In this document: positions 1 through 13,846 of the stretch, one piece after another
How positions within the stretch are numbered: position 1 is the stretch's first letter
How the letters are laid out: each line of letters opens with the position of its first letter
The notes under the pieces: generated by a model
Databases searched by the model: none
What the model saw: the letters and a program-made list of their open reading frames with translations, nothing else
Told to the model about the DNA's origin: nothing
Origin: the human T2T-CHM13v2.0 reference genome, Homo sapiens
Length of the DNA: 64,000 nt
Reading direction: 5' to 3' (one strand)
NCBI RefSeq assembly: GCF_009914755.1
Contig: NC_060929.1
Translations under genes and position numbers: made by a program

Positions 1-284
1 TAATTATCACCTCACTGAGAAAGAAAACAGAATAAAATATTTGCATTCTAGCATCTCTTCCTACTTACACCTTAAGAATGAAATGTTGGATCCTGGTTAT
101 GACTCTAGGACAGAATGCTTTGGTACTAACCCAGACTGATATGGTTCTCAATCAAATGCACTCTGTTTCCTGTACTACATCAAATGCATGTTGCCTACCT
201 GTCCACTTCAGGTTTAGAGAGCAAATCGAGAAAGTAAACAGTGTGTGGAATGTTTAAGATGTAAATTACTCTAAAGGATGAATC

Positions 285-2675
285 ACAAAGATGCAAAATG
301 GTACAATCAACTTAGAAGACAATTTTCCAGTTTCTTACAAAACTAAATGTTATCATACTATATCATACAGAGATTATGCTTCTACATCTTTATATGACAG
401 ATTTGAAAATTTATGTCCACACAAAAATGAACAAATGAATATTAATAGCAGCTTTATTCATAATTGCCCCCAAATTGGTAGTAATCAAGGTATTCTTCAT
501 TAGGCGAATAAAATGCGGTAGAACTAAACAATGGAATATTTTCCAGTGGTAAAATAATGAGCTTTCTATCTACGCAATGATGTGGATGTACTTTAAACAC
601 ATATTGCAAGTGAAAAACTGGCCAATTTGAAAAGGCTACTTACTAAATAATTCCATATATATGACATTCTAGAAAGGCAAAACTATAGGTATGGTAAATA
701 GATTAGTGGTTGCCAGGAGTTTGAGGCTGAGCCAGAGTTGATGAGGTAAAGCCCACGGGATTTTTAATGCAGTGAAACTTTGCATATACAGCTATGAGTT
801 AATAATGCTATGTTTGTATCATACATGGTACTCGATAGTACAAAGGCCAACCTTAATCTATGCAAGTTTTTAAAAAACATTTGGGAGTTCAGGGGATCCC
901 AGGATGAAATGCAGATTGTGACAAAAGAATCTGTGTACACATGTATGAAACAACCTCACTGATAGGCATGGTGGGGAAAGTGTTAACCTAAGCAACATTG
1001 GGAATTAGTGGAATCTATAAGATTAAAGACAGTGGAAACTGCACATAAGCACTGTACTCTAGTTGATAAAGTTGATATGTACAGGTTAGCAATGGTGAAA
1101 CCACTGTACATATATACTGGAATGGAACAATTACAAAAATGGGTGGCAGATGGTAGGAACCAGGTTTCTAAATGTTGAAGTGGAAGTTTATAGAAAAGCA
1201 AAGAAAGAAGGCATGAATGATCCATGTGTCAATGAATTAGAGTTGGAGACATCAGTATGAGCTCATGTTTAGCTACATGTTTGTGCACATAGATGCATAC
1301 ATAGAAGGATATTTATAGATATATGGAGATGCACAGTTTAGTATACACATATATTTCCTTGTTCTATCAACTGAGAAGGTCTAGAAGCAATGACACCCCA
1401 GTAGCAAAAACCACACTTATCACCCAGAGTTTGTTTTCTAATTCTATTATGAGATAAAAAGAAGCAACATACTTGAAAAAATTGCTGGTTCTAGGAATGG
1501 TGCAGGGAACAGGCTCAATGATCCTAGAGCTTCATATAGTGCCATAAAGTGAAGAAATGTTTTTAAAAGTCCACAGTCATGAGGGTATGTCAAGGAGACA
1601 CAGGAGATGACTGAAAGAGCCCCAAATAGCTGAAGCTGGATAATTAAAGCAACAAAACTAATAAGGAAGTATTAAAACCCAAAATATAAGTTAAGTATCC
1701 ATGATTCCATATTGATATAAATTAATGATTGTATAAGAAAGCAGAATTGGAGAATATAAAATCTTTTTTTGGAGAAGAATTCCACACAATTTATGTAGAC
1801 ATTTCAGTCTCAGGGAGATAGAACATAATTCCACACTTCTTAAGTGTGGGCTGTGCACAGGGCATTCTTTCCAAAGGGTACTGTATAGAAAGGAAGGGAG
1901 AGTAATTGTACAGTAGAGGAACCTGACACACACTATCTCAGGCAGATGATCAAGATGAACAACAGTGGTGAGTTGATTTGGTTTGGCTGTGTTCCCACTC
2001 AAATCTTATCTTGAATTCCCACGTGTTGTGGGAGAGACCTGCTGGGAGGTAATTGAATCATGGGGGCAGGTCTTTCCCATGCTGTCCTCATGATAGTGAG
2101 TAAGTCTTACAAGATCTGATGGTTATTACACAGGGGAGTTTTCCTGTACAAGCTCTCTTTGCCTGCTGCCATCCATGTAAGATGTGACTTGCTTTTCCTT
2201 GCCTTCCACCATGATTGTGAGGCTTCCCCATCCACATGGAACTGCAAGTCCAAATAAACCTCTTTCTTTTTTAAATTACCCAGTCTCAGGTATGTCTTTA
2301 TCAGCAGCATGAAAATGGACTAATAATACATAAGTCATGGTCAGAGTATGTACCCTTGATTTGATGTGATGGAAATGGCTGAGCCACGGCCATTTTCAGG
2401 CACAGCAAAGAGGAGCCTAAAGAGAAATAGTGACTAAAGGCATGTGGTATTCTGAATGGGATCATGGGTCAGAAAAAGAATAGTAGGTAAAAACCAAGGA
2501 AATCCAAATAATATACATACTTAGTTAATAAAAATGTATCAATATTAGTTAAGTAATTTTGACAATTGTACTTTACCCATATAAGATATTAATAATAGGA
2601 GAGATTGGGTGCATATGGAAACTCTGTGTACTAGCTTCACATATTTTCTGTAAATTCAAATTTTTTTTAAAAAAA
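285..2675 (+). mobile_element. Old L1 3' region (L1MC-like), interrupted by a THE1 LTR
   Basis: L1 3' motifs (TTATGTCCACACAAAAA, AGCAGCTTTATTCATAATTGCC, AAAGGCAAAACTATAGG, TTAGTGGTTGCCAGG). L1MC-type 3' UTR continues across the THE1 (CAGTGGTGAGT|TAAGTCATGG) and ends at GGAAACTCTGTGTACT...TTTTCTGTAAAT plus an A-run. Subfamily from recall. Confidence 0.75.
1974..2330 (+). mobile_element. THE1A-like MaLR solo LTR
   Basis: Starts TGATTTGGTTTGGCTGTGT, ends GGACTAATAATACA. THE1A-type features (CTTGAATTCCCACGTG, GCCATCCATGTAAGATG). 5-bp TSD TGAGT/TAAGT. Confidence 0.92.
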
Positions 2676-2759
2676 GGTCCCTAACTTTTTTGCAAACTTG
2701 TAAAAGGCATTGCTTTTAAAAAAAACAAAATTATAATTATTCCTTGCTCAAAATCATTT

Positions 2760-3550
2760 GGATTTTTTATATTAGATTTGTTTTTTGTGACCTTGCTATA
2801 TTTATTTATTAGTTCCAGGGATTGTTAAATTTTTTTAGCTTCTTTGATATAAATTCTTCGAGATTTCCTCTGTAGATAATCACGTCATCTTTGAATAAAG
2901 ACAGCCGTATTTCTCCCTTTGCAATCTATAAACCTTTTATTTCTTTTTTGTGTCTTGTTGCACTAGCAAGACTTCTCTTATTGGATAGCAGTAGTGATAG
3001 AGCACATTGCTTTGTTTCCAATCTCAGGGAAAATGTCCAGTTTTTTACTATCAAGTATTATGTGACTTGATTTTTTTGTATTTTTATTTTTATTTATTTA
3101 TTTATTTAAATCAAGTTGTGGAAACTCCCCTGTTACGAAGTCAGCTGACAGTTTTATCACATGTGGGTACTGGATTTGTTATCTGCTTCTCCTGCATCAA
3201 TTGATGAAATCATTGTAAAACGTTCGTTAGCCTACTTACAGATGGATTACATTGACTAATTTCTGAATGTTAAATTAGACTTGCATAACTGAAAAAAAAA
3301 TCTCCCTTGGTTATGATGTATAATACTTTATATATATTGTTGGATAAAATGTGATAATATTTTTTGGCAATCATGTCTACATTCACGAGAGATATTGGTC
3401 TGCAGTTTTCCTTTTCATTTTACAAGACATTTTTCTTTTAATGTCTTTATCTTGTTATTAGAGTAATGCTGGACTTTGTGAGTTAGGAAATGTTTCTTCT
3501 GTTTTTATTTTTGGGTAGAAATTGTGCAAAATGTGTATTATTTCACCTAT
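2760..3550 (-). mobile_element. Old L1 ORF2 fragment, antisense
   Basis: Antisense L1 ORF2-like motifs (TCACGTCATCTTTGAATAAAGACAG, CAATCTCAGGGAAAATG, GAGAGATATTGGTCTGCAGTTTTC). Heavily diverged. Confidence 0.7.
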
Positions 3551-5253
3551 TCCAAAGGCAGAAGCAGCCATCTGAGGTACTTGAAACTTTTAATGAGATA
3601 CATAGTTTTGGTTATAGCAGATTCTTTCATAAGAGACAAGGGTTAGCCTTAGCTTTCATGGTTTTCTGAAAGGTTTTGAGATTGTTAAAATTAGAAAACC
3701 AATGTCATTTCCTTACACGTTTTAGAAATATGTTTGTCACAGGGAAAAATTACTCTGGTTAATCTAATCTACATTCTGTAGCTTGGCACAGAAAGAAGAA
3801 AGACAGGCTGTCTGCCCAGCGAAGTCACAATAGAGTGAATTTTCATCCTGTTTTGCCCAGTAGAGCCTCATCCTGCCTACTGTCTAATCAGCTTTTCCAG
3901 TTTTGCATTTTTCCTACATCTTTTATTTTTTAAGTAGTATGATTAATCATTGCATGAAAACAAGCTGTGATGTTTGAGTCATCCTCGCACGCTCCTCTCT
4001 AGTTTTTACCTGCCCATGTAAATAGACCTATATTTCTACAGTGATACTAAACATTTTCTAAATAAACAAGTCCTCTAAGTTTTGCTTGTTTTTTCTTTGT
4101 TAAAAACCAATTGGAAATATTTAATCAAATATTAAATGAAAGGTAAACAAAAAGATAAGCTTTTAAACCTTTGAATGAGTTCCAGTACTCGCACACAGAA
4201 AGCAATTATACCTACAAAACAAGGAAAAAACGAAGATATGCAATAGGCATTCGAGTGTACATAGTTTAGTGTTTAAATTAATAATTGCACTTTGGAATAC
4301 CTCATCTCATGAGAAGAATGTTTTGGTGGAGTTTACATTTTTAATTTGATATACTCAGTGCCACAACAGAGCAATATTGAGATACCTGTGAATTTTTAGC
4401 ATCTAAACTCGGCAAAACTTTTAGAAGGATCATAAAGATAAAGAAAAGTACTCTGGATAACTGAATGGTGCCACTACATAAGACATATTTACACATTTTA
4501 TTTTAAAACTAATACACAAAATGTTTTAGAACTGAGACTCTCCGTTTAGCAGATTTTGCTCTCAGGTTAGCAGGTACTACAGCACTTAGAGAAATAATAT
4601 TTTCCCTATTAAAAGTATTATGATATATAGAAAAGGGCCAATTAAACATTGTCAATAATTTCAAATACATTGACTATAACCTGCAATTTAGAAAATTAAA
4701 ACTAATATGACCATATTTGTTTTATCTCTCTCAGTTTCTGTATCTCTGTTTCTCACTTTCTCCCTCATGTATCATAAAGAAGAACAGTTGATGGCAACCA
4801 AAAATGTTATTTGTTTGAAAATAAGTTTCTGTTTTGGTAGAGGTATTATCAGACCAGTCCCAGTATCTGGTCCAGGAGAGTGGGTTAGTTACTGCTGTTG
4901 GGGCTGGGAAGAGAAACTATGGCTCTCCTCTTGGGTGCACCATCGTTTTGAGTCTGAAAATAGTCAATACAGACTAAGAGAGAAGAAGATTGTTTACCCC
5001 AACATGGGGGGTGTGATCAGACATTATATCACCGCATGTGAGGTAAGCAGACCTTGTAGAAACAAATAACTTTATGATTTCATTAGCTACACAATCAGAA
5101 ACAATATTGGTTAACTGAAGGGAGGTTCACACCCACTTCCTATTTCTACCTATTGTCACACAAATACATTCCTTTACCACCCTCTTCTCATTCTTACTTC
5201 CTTGAGAAGACAGAAGATGTGGGTCACACTCGTTTCAGGAACACTACAATTTA

Positions 5254-5615
<362 letters not shown>

Positions 5616-5919
5616 TTACTTAAATAGAGGTGGCATTTAATAATTGTATTATACTACAAACCCCTTGAATATCTTCATTGCCTTCTGTCTACTCTCTAGA
5701 GTGAGTGGAGGTTGGGTGATGACAGCAATAGTGATGTTGTTTAAAGTAAGCAAAATTGATAGTAGTTATTAGAATAAAGCCTATTCCATCTCCTTACCTC
5801 ACTAAGTATTTACCAAAAATGGTAAATAGGGTGAATATCCACCCACATTCTAATGCCAGATAATTCAGAATCACCTTTTACACAGTGTTATTCTTGATCT
5901 CTGCTAATTTTATTTTCTG

Positions 5920-6640
5920 TCTACTTTCTGGATGTGCTAACTTCTCTCCAACACCTCCAGCATCACCCTGGTCCAAGCCACCTTCAGCTCTCACCTAGAC
6001 TAACACAGTTCTTCCTGTCTCCATGAGCCTCCTCTCCAGTTGCTGTATTGCAAATAACAATCAAAACAGCATTTAAAAGCAAAACAACAACAGCAAACAA
6101 ATGGTAAGCAAACAATCAACCTAATCATTCCCTCTCTTATTTCCAAGTGGCTTATTCAGAAAATAAAATCCAAATCAGTTGTATGATGTAACTGTCCTGT
6201 TAGTGGCATTTATCTACTGCTTCAGGCTTAGCGTCCACCACTCAATCATTTGCTCGGTATCTCCTGGGTTCCCCCTTTCTTCTATTTTCTGAAATTCTAA
6301 CATCACTTCCTGTCTCTCAGTACCTTCATACCTTCCCTCTATCTGGATTGTTCTCTGACATGCTTCCTCTACCTCCTACTCATCCTTCATGCATTAACTA
6401 ACTGTCACTTCCCTCGTTTTCCTACTTTTGAGTTTCCCCATAACAATTGATTCTAGTAAAATTTGCTATTTCTCCCTTGCCAAAATTTGCTATTTCTCCT
6501 TTGCCAAATGTATTATAATTTTAGTTAGATCCATTTTGTGATCTTGTGTTTCATATCTACCTTGCCTCTAGACCATAATAAGCTGTATGGCAGCAGGAGA
6601 GAGATTATACAAGCTTTGGTGACTAAATACTTAAAAATGT
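5920..6640 (+). mobile_element. L2 3' fragment (degenerate)
   Basis: CACCCTGGTCCAAGCCACC...CTCACCTAGACTA, AAATAAAATCCAAA and CTAGACCATAATAAGCT resemble the L2 3' consensus. Confidence 0.65.
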
Positions 6641-8109
6641 CTGAACTAGATGAAATAATCAAGATTGTCGTTTGGGGAAGAAACGCCTGAGTGTTTCAAG
6701 TGTTGACAAATCCATGTCCACTCACATCCATGGGAGCCCCTTCTTTCTTATTGGTTTCATCACTTCCTATAATTCATCTCTCTCAGCTTCTCCAGAGCCT
6801 GACATAAGCTGACAGAGTCATGAATTTAATAAACTAGAATAATGTGACTCTGCAGACTGAAAAAAAACTTACTATCCAGAAGATGAGGATTGTATTCCCA
6901 GTTTTGCTATTAATTTTCTCTCTGAACCTAAGCAAAGCACTAAGCATTTCCATGTACAACTTCATTGCTTCAGCAAAACACTGATTTGGTTCCTTAGAGA
7001 AATAAAACATTGTAATTCATCTTGAATTTTTTTAAAAATTAGATTGAAATGCTAAGCAATTACTTTCTTATGATGTAATATTGATCACAATGCAGTTATT
7101 GATTCAACAACATATTTATTATTGATGGAAATTGTCTGCCTGGTATTCTAATTCAATTAAATGTTACTGTCATCATCCTCACGGTAATGCTGCATTCATC
7201 ATCAGAACTGTTCACTGCTAGATAATTTGAATTCCCCCCCTTCCCAGTGTTGTTCTGTGAGTGGATTGCTTCACATCTAAAAACAAGCCAGGGAATGATG
7301 GGCTTGATTTTATTAAAGCCACACACTTCAATACTTCACTAGATTTCTCCTAGAATGTGACATACAGAGTAAACTATTAAAGTATCTTCTTCCAAACGTA
7401 TGAAGAAAAAAGCTTTACAATTTTTTTTTTGCTCCAGATAAACCTTCTACCTCCCCAAGTTTCTAAAGGCACACATCTCTTTGGGATTTAACAGAGCATC
7501 ATCACTTAGCCAAGCAAACTGCATGCTAAACAGATCCAGCTGAATAAATTGGACCACTTGATTTTTTTTTTTGTTTGGTATTGTCTCATGTATCCAATTC
7601 CGTTAATAGAAAATACAGTGCTACAAAATCATTGCTATGTTATAAGAAAGCAAGAAAATCCAATGATTGCATAGGTATATAACTAAATTTATGGTAAAAA
7701 AATTCTTTTTTTGGAGTTGAACTCTCTCATGCACCATTACAATAGACTTATTTAATGTACAGAAGAATCAGATTTATTCTTGTGGATTTTGAAAACACTG
7801 GGACCTATTTACAAAAATTATAGAAAGTCACATATTGGTTTAATAAAGAGAGGGTTTCTAATGACTGGGATGGTCCAAGAATGAGGTGGTCTGGCTTGTG
7901 TCCTAGTAAATTAGTGGTCACTGAGAGTACTGGCCTGATGACCTCTGTCAGATAAAACTCCCAGATTAAGTAGAAGGTTGTACAGAGGACATCTGATAGC
8001 ATCTCTACCTTCAAGGTTTCCAATGTTGGCCATAGTCATAAGTTCTCCCTTCAGATAACACTCACAGCCAAATTTCATCCTTGACTATTATTATGTTAGT
8101 CATCCACTG

Positions 8110-8480
8110 GAGAGTTCAGGTTCAGGGTCTTTTATGAGGTTATAGTCAGATGGTGCCTGGAGCCTCAGGCATCTGAAGGCTTAAATAAGGTGGGGGTCCA
8201 CTTAAAAGGGGCTTTCTTGGATGGATGACAAACTGGTGCTGGCTAATGGCTGGGAGACTCAGCTCCTTTCACTGTGTGCTTCTTCACAGGAACACCTGAG
8301 TGTCCTTATGGTCCTCATCCCTAAAGTGAATAATTCAAAATACCAAGGCAGAAGCTACAATGTCTTTGTAACAGTCTTAGTCGTGTATTGCCACTTGAAT
8401 AGAAGTAGAAGGGAACTAAACAATGGCGTGAATATTAGTGGGCAGGCTCACTGGAAGACTTTGGAGACCAGCTATTATAG
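8110..8480 (-). mobile_element. MLT1 (F/G/H-like) LTR, 3' LTR of the MLT1 provirus
   Basis: GGCATCTGAAGGCTT, CAAACTGGTGCTGGCT, GGCAGAAGCTACAATGTCTTT motifs. Homologous to the LTR at 11008-11550. Confidence 0.65.
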
Positions 8481-8538
8481 TCCACCTCCTTCCCTCATTG
8501 TCTCATGTCTATTTCATATGCAACGTATACTTGTGCTT

Positions 8539-9091
8539 TGTTGGGAGACAATTCCTCATGAGTCTCATATTTCTCCATGTCTTGTAAGCAGAGAGTGCCT
8601 ATTGTTTCACACTCTGTTTTCAAAGATGGTTGTATAATGAACAGCTGTGGAAGATACACTTTCTCCCTCAAGAAGAGAAGACCTGTCTTCTTATAGCTGT
8701 AAATAGAATATATCCCTCAGAAGCAAAGCAGAGGCAAGCTTACCATGCAGTGTAATAATGGATAACGTCTTTCTCCAGACTAAGGACAGGCAAGCTTACT
8801 GTTACAAAACACTTGGGGTTTCTAAGCTCAGTATTCCTTTCCTGTAATGCAATCCACTCTGTGTACAGGTATCTATCCAGGTCTCACTGCATTGTCCTCA
8901 CGGCACTTGGGAGCCAGGGGAACTGACACGTGATGTTCATACTTACTGCTATTCTCGGAGTAACAAAAAAAAAATTCACTTTCTTCGACCAGGAGACATC
9001 ATGTTTTCTACCAGCATTCTTGAAACTATGGCAAGTTAACTAGTTATCAGGTAAGTGTGGTAACATATCAGACCCTTCTCAGCTCTTGACA
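8539..9091 (+). mobile_element. ERVL-class solo LTR (LTR40-like)
   Basis: TGTTGGGAGACAATTC start, TTGACA end (TG...CA), about 550 bp, internal repeated GCAAGCTTAC units. Family name from recall. Confidence 0.65.
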
Positions 9092-9311
9092 CTGTCTTCC
9101 AAGAATACCTCCATCCCCCACCCAAGTCTCATCCCATTATAGCATCAGCTTGAAGCCCAGATCTTAACATTCCAATCAGGTCCATTTCAGAAAGTGGCTC
9201 TTCCCATATCAGCTCTTTGAAATCTGAACGCCTGTGAACTAGAAAGGCAAGTTATTCACTTTCCATGTGCCCAACACATAGTGGTGAGACTTATGTAGAA
9301 TAACTGCTACA

Positions 9312-9779
<468 letters not shown>

Positions 9780-10771
9780 CTACCTTTTGGATAAAAAAGT
9801 GGCTGGTATTTGCATCTCAGTTTTTTTCAGTTTGCTTTCTGCTTATAACAGTTGAGAAGCCCAAGGCCTCTTTGCATTTTTACTGACTCTTTCCCTTTTT
9901 ATCCAGTCTGGTGGTGTTTCATCTACTACAACTGTATAAAATGTGTGTAGGTCTTTTGTACATTTTGCAGGGATTCACTCCATTGGAGAATAGACACACA
10001 CAAATCTCATCAAGATCATCTTTCTTTTACCTTTTGTTGCCCGTAAGGCCCCTGTAGCACAATGCTCTTAAGATTCTTAGGAGTGATTTTTTAATAATAA
10101 AATGTGTGGTGTATACCGTTTGCATCCTGGGAAGGACACTGATCTGTTTGAGGCTCCGTCTTGCATGTTTCTGATATATTACAAAAAGGCTTCACAGTCA
10201 CACCTTTGACCTCACCTGTGAACCATTTTTGACTCACAGTGTTCTGAGCTATCTTCATCTGGAAGCTTTTCCTTTAAGATCTTTTACTATTTAGAGAGAC
10301 CAGAAATGATAAACAGTTTTTAGTTTTGAACCCAAAAAACCCTGGTTCCTTTATATAGAACAGCTTTTTTTTTTTTTTCTGATTGTATTTCCCTATGTCT
10401 CTCACATTTTGCAATGGGTACCGAAGAACGCAAGACAGTGCCTTCAACACATTGCCTAGAAACCTCCTTTGATGGACCCTCCAGGTGATAAGGTACATTT
10501 TTTTCCCTATAGTCCATCTTACATAGGAAAGAGTGTTGTTCTACTCTATGCCGCTTTATAATTTTATAAAGGGGCCCTCTTTCCTCCATTTTCCTCAAAT
10601 GAATGCTAAGTACTCACTGCAGCCTACTTGGAGGGCATCAGGCTTCTGCCAACACTCTCTTCAAGCTCTCTAGGATTTCACTAACGCATTTCCCAGGAAC
10701 TTTTCTAGCTTCTGCTCACTGCAGGGTCCCAATGTCCATCCCATATCTTTTAGAATTTCTGTTATTGCAGC

Positions 10772-10945
10772 AATCAGAGTTGACCCTGTGTTATCAATTC
10801 AATTCTATGGGAGTGAGGCTATATCATAAAATGTATGGCAGCTTCCATCTTGTTTTCTTAAATCACTTTCCCTGCGGTAAATGAGACACTGTTCCTTAAG
10901 GATACTCAAACAGCCTCGTGGACAGGCCACATGGAGAGCAATGGA
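10772..10945 (+). repeat. Inverted copy of part of the adjacent MLT1 LTR
   Basis: 10772-10921 aligns ungapped to the reverse complement of 11311-11460 at 124/150 identities (hand count). Confidence 0.9.
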
Positions 10946-11007
10946 GCTCCACAGGATGGTCCACAGGATGGCTCACAGGATGGCCTTCATTTTTATGTAC
11001 CAAAATC

Positions 11008-11550
11008 TGTACTATCTACCTATTTTTGTGTAACTAAACATCCCAAAATTCATGTTTAGAATAATAATACTCATTCCTTATCTCCCATGTTTTCTGTGGG
11101 TCAATGATTTAGGAGCAGCATGGTAGGAAAGTTCTGGCTCAAAATCTTTCATGAAGCTGCACTCAGGTGCTGGCTGGGGCCAAAGTCGTGTGCAGGTTTG
11201 ACTGACTGATGCTGGGGGAGCCTCCTCCAAGGCATGTTCCTGACGTTGCTGTAAAATAGGTATGGCGATTGAGCAGGGACCTGCATTTCTCTCCCTCTGT
11301 GTGGGCCTCTCCACGAGGGTGTTTAAATACACTTACAGAACGGTGTCTAGTTTACCACAGAGAAAGCAATTTAAGAAAACAAGATGGAAGCTGCCATGCT
11401 TTTAAAGATACAGCCACATGTCCATAGAATTTAATTGATAACACAGAGCCAACTCTGATTAAATGTGAGGATGGATTGCACACAGGCATGCAGACTGCAA
11501 ATGGAAGTGAGGGCCGCTGGAGAGCTGCTTGCAAGCCCACCACCACTATA
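11008..11550 (-). mobile_element. MLT1 (F/G/H-like) LTR, 5' LTR of the provirus
   Basis: TGTA start after the int junction; TTCTGTGGGTCAATGATTTAGGAGCAGC, GGGCCTCTCCAC, ATGGAAGCTGCCATGC, TTGCACACAGGCATG motifs. Confidence 0.75.
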
Positions 11551-11722
11551 GCCAGCTGTGAAAAGTTCTACATAATCCATAAAGAAGCAAGAGGTCAGAA
11601 AAATCCATTGATGTGCTGGGTGGTATTACTCAGAGGAATATGGTCAGACTCCAGTGTTTGTGGGAGATTTAAGTGTGAAAACAAGGGATACTTCAAAATC
11701 ATGTTACCACATTGGGATGTAG

Positions 11723-11808
11723 GTGTCTATGCGTCTGTGTGTCTATGTGTCTATGCAGCTGTGTGTCTATGCATCTGTGTGTCTATGTGTCTGTGTGTCT
11801 GTGTCTGT
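11723..11808. repeat. Imperfect (TG/TCTA/TCTG) compound microsatellite
   Basis: Repeated GTGTCTATG / GTGTCTGTG units seen directly. Confidence 0.85.
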
Positions 11809-11845
11809 TTTTAGTTACTCTTTAAAATGTGAATTTTCCTGAAAA

Positions 11846-12125
11846 TTTTTTAAAATAAGCTTTACATTTTGGAACAATTTAAAATTTACAGAACAGTTTT
11901 AAGGATAAAACAGAAAGTTCCCATGTACCTTTCATCCAGTTTCTCTAATGTTAACATCTTATATAACTATGGTATATTTTCCGACACTAAAAAACGAGCA
12001 TTGGCGCATTACTATTAATTAAAGTCCAGACTTTATTTGGATTTTGCCAGTTTTCCATGGATGTTCTTTTCCTGTTCTGGGATCTGATCTGGGAAACCAC
12101 ATTATATTTAGTTAGTATAGTTGTT
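11846..12125 (-). mobile_element. Old L1 3' end (L1MC/L1ME-like)
   Basis: TTTACAGAACAG...GTTCCCATGTACC...AATGTTAACATCTTA...CAGACTTTATTTGGATTT...CCACATTATATTTAGTT. Confidence 0.75.
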
Positions 12126-12199
12126 AACTGTGATATCTCACTCGGGAATCACAGTCTTCCATATTCTCAGCTCTTCTACCCCCTTTCTCCCACCAGAAT

Positions 12200-13420
12200 C
12201 ACTTCAGAGATCATTGAGATGACTAGTCCATGATCTCTTTCCTTACCCCCATCAGTCTCCTTCAAGTTTTGACTCAATTTTCTCTTCATTTGGACCACAC
12301 ATTTTGCAACATTGATGGTCATTCAAATGTCACTCTATCAACTCTCTGCCTTCCATTGATTTTCACAGCCCCTCATCAAAAAGCCTCATTTCTGTGTAAG
12401 TGAAATCTCCAAAGCTTCTCTCTCTATTCTCACATTGGTGATGGATTACAGTTTAGAATCTCTAAAAGTTCATGGTCTCCAACCTCAGTTTTCTCAGGAC
12501 CACCTGGCTATCCTACCATGTATTCCTCGTTACTCCCTGACCAGTCCCTATTTAAACCTGTTCTAAGATTTAATCGCTGGTTTATACTATGCATACTATT
12601 ATGCCCACCACATCCCCATTCAGAACACTACCTTCCCTTTCCCCGCTTCACCATAGAAATACAGGAACCACGAAGGACTTGCCAATATTCTTCCACAGCT
12701 GCCCTGTCCCAATTAGTGACACAATTTTTGGCACCTGCCCTCGTCATTCTTTATCTGCTCAGTGGAGGAGGCTCCCCTGATCACAGACTGTCATCCACCT
12801 TGTCCTTGCACTGCATACCCCTTCCACTCCTTGGGGACCTTACCCCATTAATTACCCAGCCTCTGCAGATGTCTTTAATCCCTCCTCACTTGCTGCTGTT
12901 TCAGCTTATACATGGCTATATGTACACTTCCTGCCTTAGAAAAACTTTCCTCCAAACCTACTTCCCCCTTTTGCCTACTGCCCAAAGCCTTTTCTTCAGT
13001 TTTTAGGTGCCATGATTCCCTTTGAATCACTCACTCCTCAACCTTGATAATAGAGCATATGCCCCATTACTCCATGGAACTGGCCTTGCCAAGGATGCTA
13101 ACAACCACTCCCCTGTTCAATGCTACTGAAACTTATTAATTACTGTTCCTCATCTCACTGCAGGATTAGACTTGAATGACCTCATCTTCCCTCCAAAACA
13201 CTTTTGTTCCTTAACATCCAGATGACAAGTATGCTGCTCTTGTACTTTTTTTTCTTCCCCTCTGAATGTTCTTTCTCAATATTCTTTGTAAGTTTCTTCT
13301 TCCCTATTTTTAATATTGGGGTCTCACAAAGTTCCAGCCTGGTTTATTTTCTTTATTCTCTCTTCATGGTTAATGAAATGATCACATCAAACCTTCCTGC
13401 AAACTACCACCTTCCTAGCT
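12200..13420 (+). mobile_element. L2 ORF2-derived fragment (degenerate)
   Basis: Pyrimidine-rich; CTCCATGGAACTGGCCTTGCCAAGG...AACAACC and AATATTGGGGTCTCACAAAGTTCCAGCCTGG resemble L2. Boundaries approximate. Confidence 0.55.
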
Positions 13421-13846
13421 CTAGACTGAAATGTACCAGGTTTAGGCATTTTTACACCTGATTTATTCGTAGAACATGGGTATTTTAATAATCTCTTATA
13501 ACTTGTTTATGAAACATGCTGAAGGTCAATAACAAATATTCAAAACTCCTTTCTTACATTTTACTTATCCTTTCTCAGAACTGGTTAATTATAGTTTGAT
13601 GTTATTTGAATGCTATTTCCTAAAATACAGATGGAGTAGAACTTTCAATACTCATTGCTTCTTTGTTCCATTTTCATTATTTCCTTATGGAAATGTAAGA
13701 TATGTTTTCCTATTTATGTTCTTCCAAGTGGCATTGCAGACTTTGAAAGTATCATTAAAGTTGTGCCCGAGCCTTAAGTTTTCCATGTATTTTCTATGCC
13801 AGAAAATTTAGCATTTGTATAACATAATACTCTAAGCTTCTGACTG

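Noticed and set aside
2223-2235. PRDM9 hotspot motif position in THE1A
   Set aside because: Reads CTTCCCCATCCAC, not the hotspot-associated CCTCCCTNNCCAC.
4707-5069. 120-aa ORF in unique sequence
   Set aside because: No recognisable family, promoter or codon signal; the length is compatible with chance.
12518-13006. 162-aa ORF
   Set aside because: Lies in a pyrimidine-rich L2 relic; L/P/S-biased, no recognisable domain or gene context.
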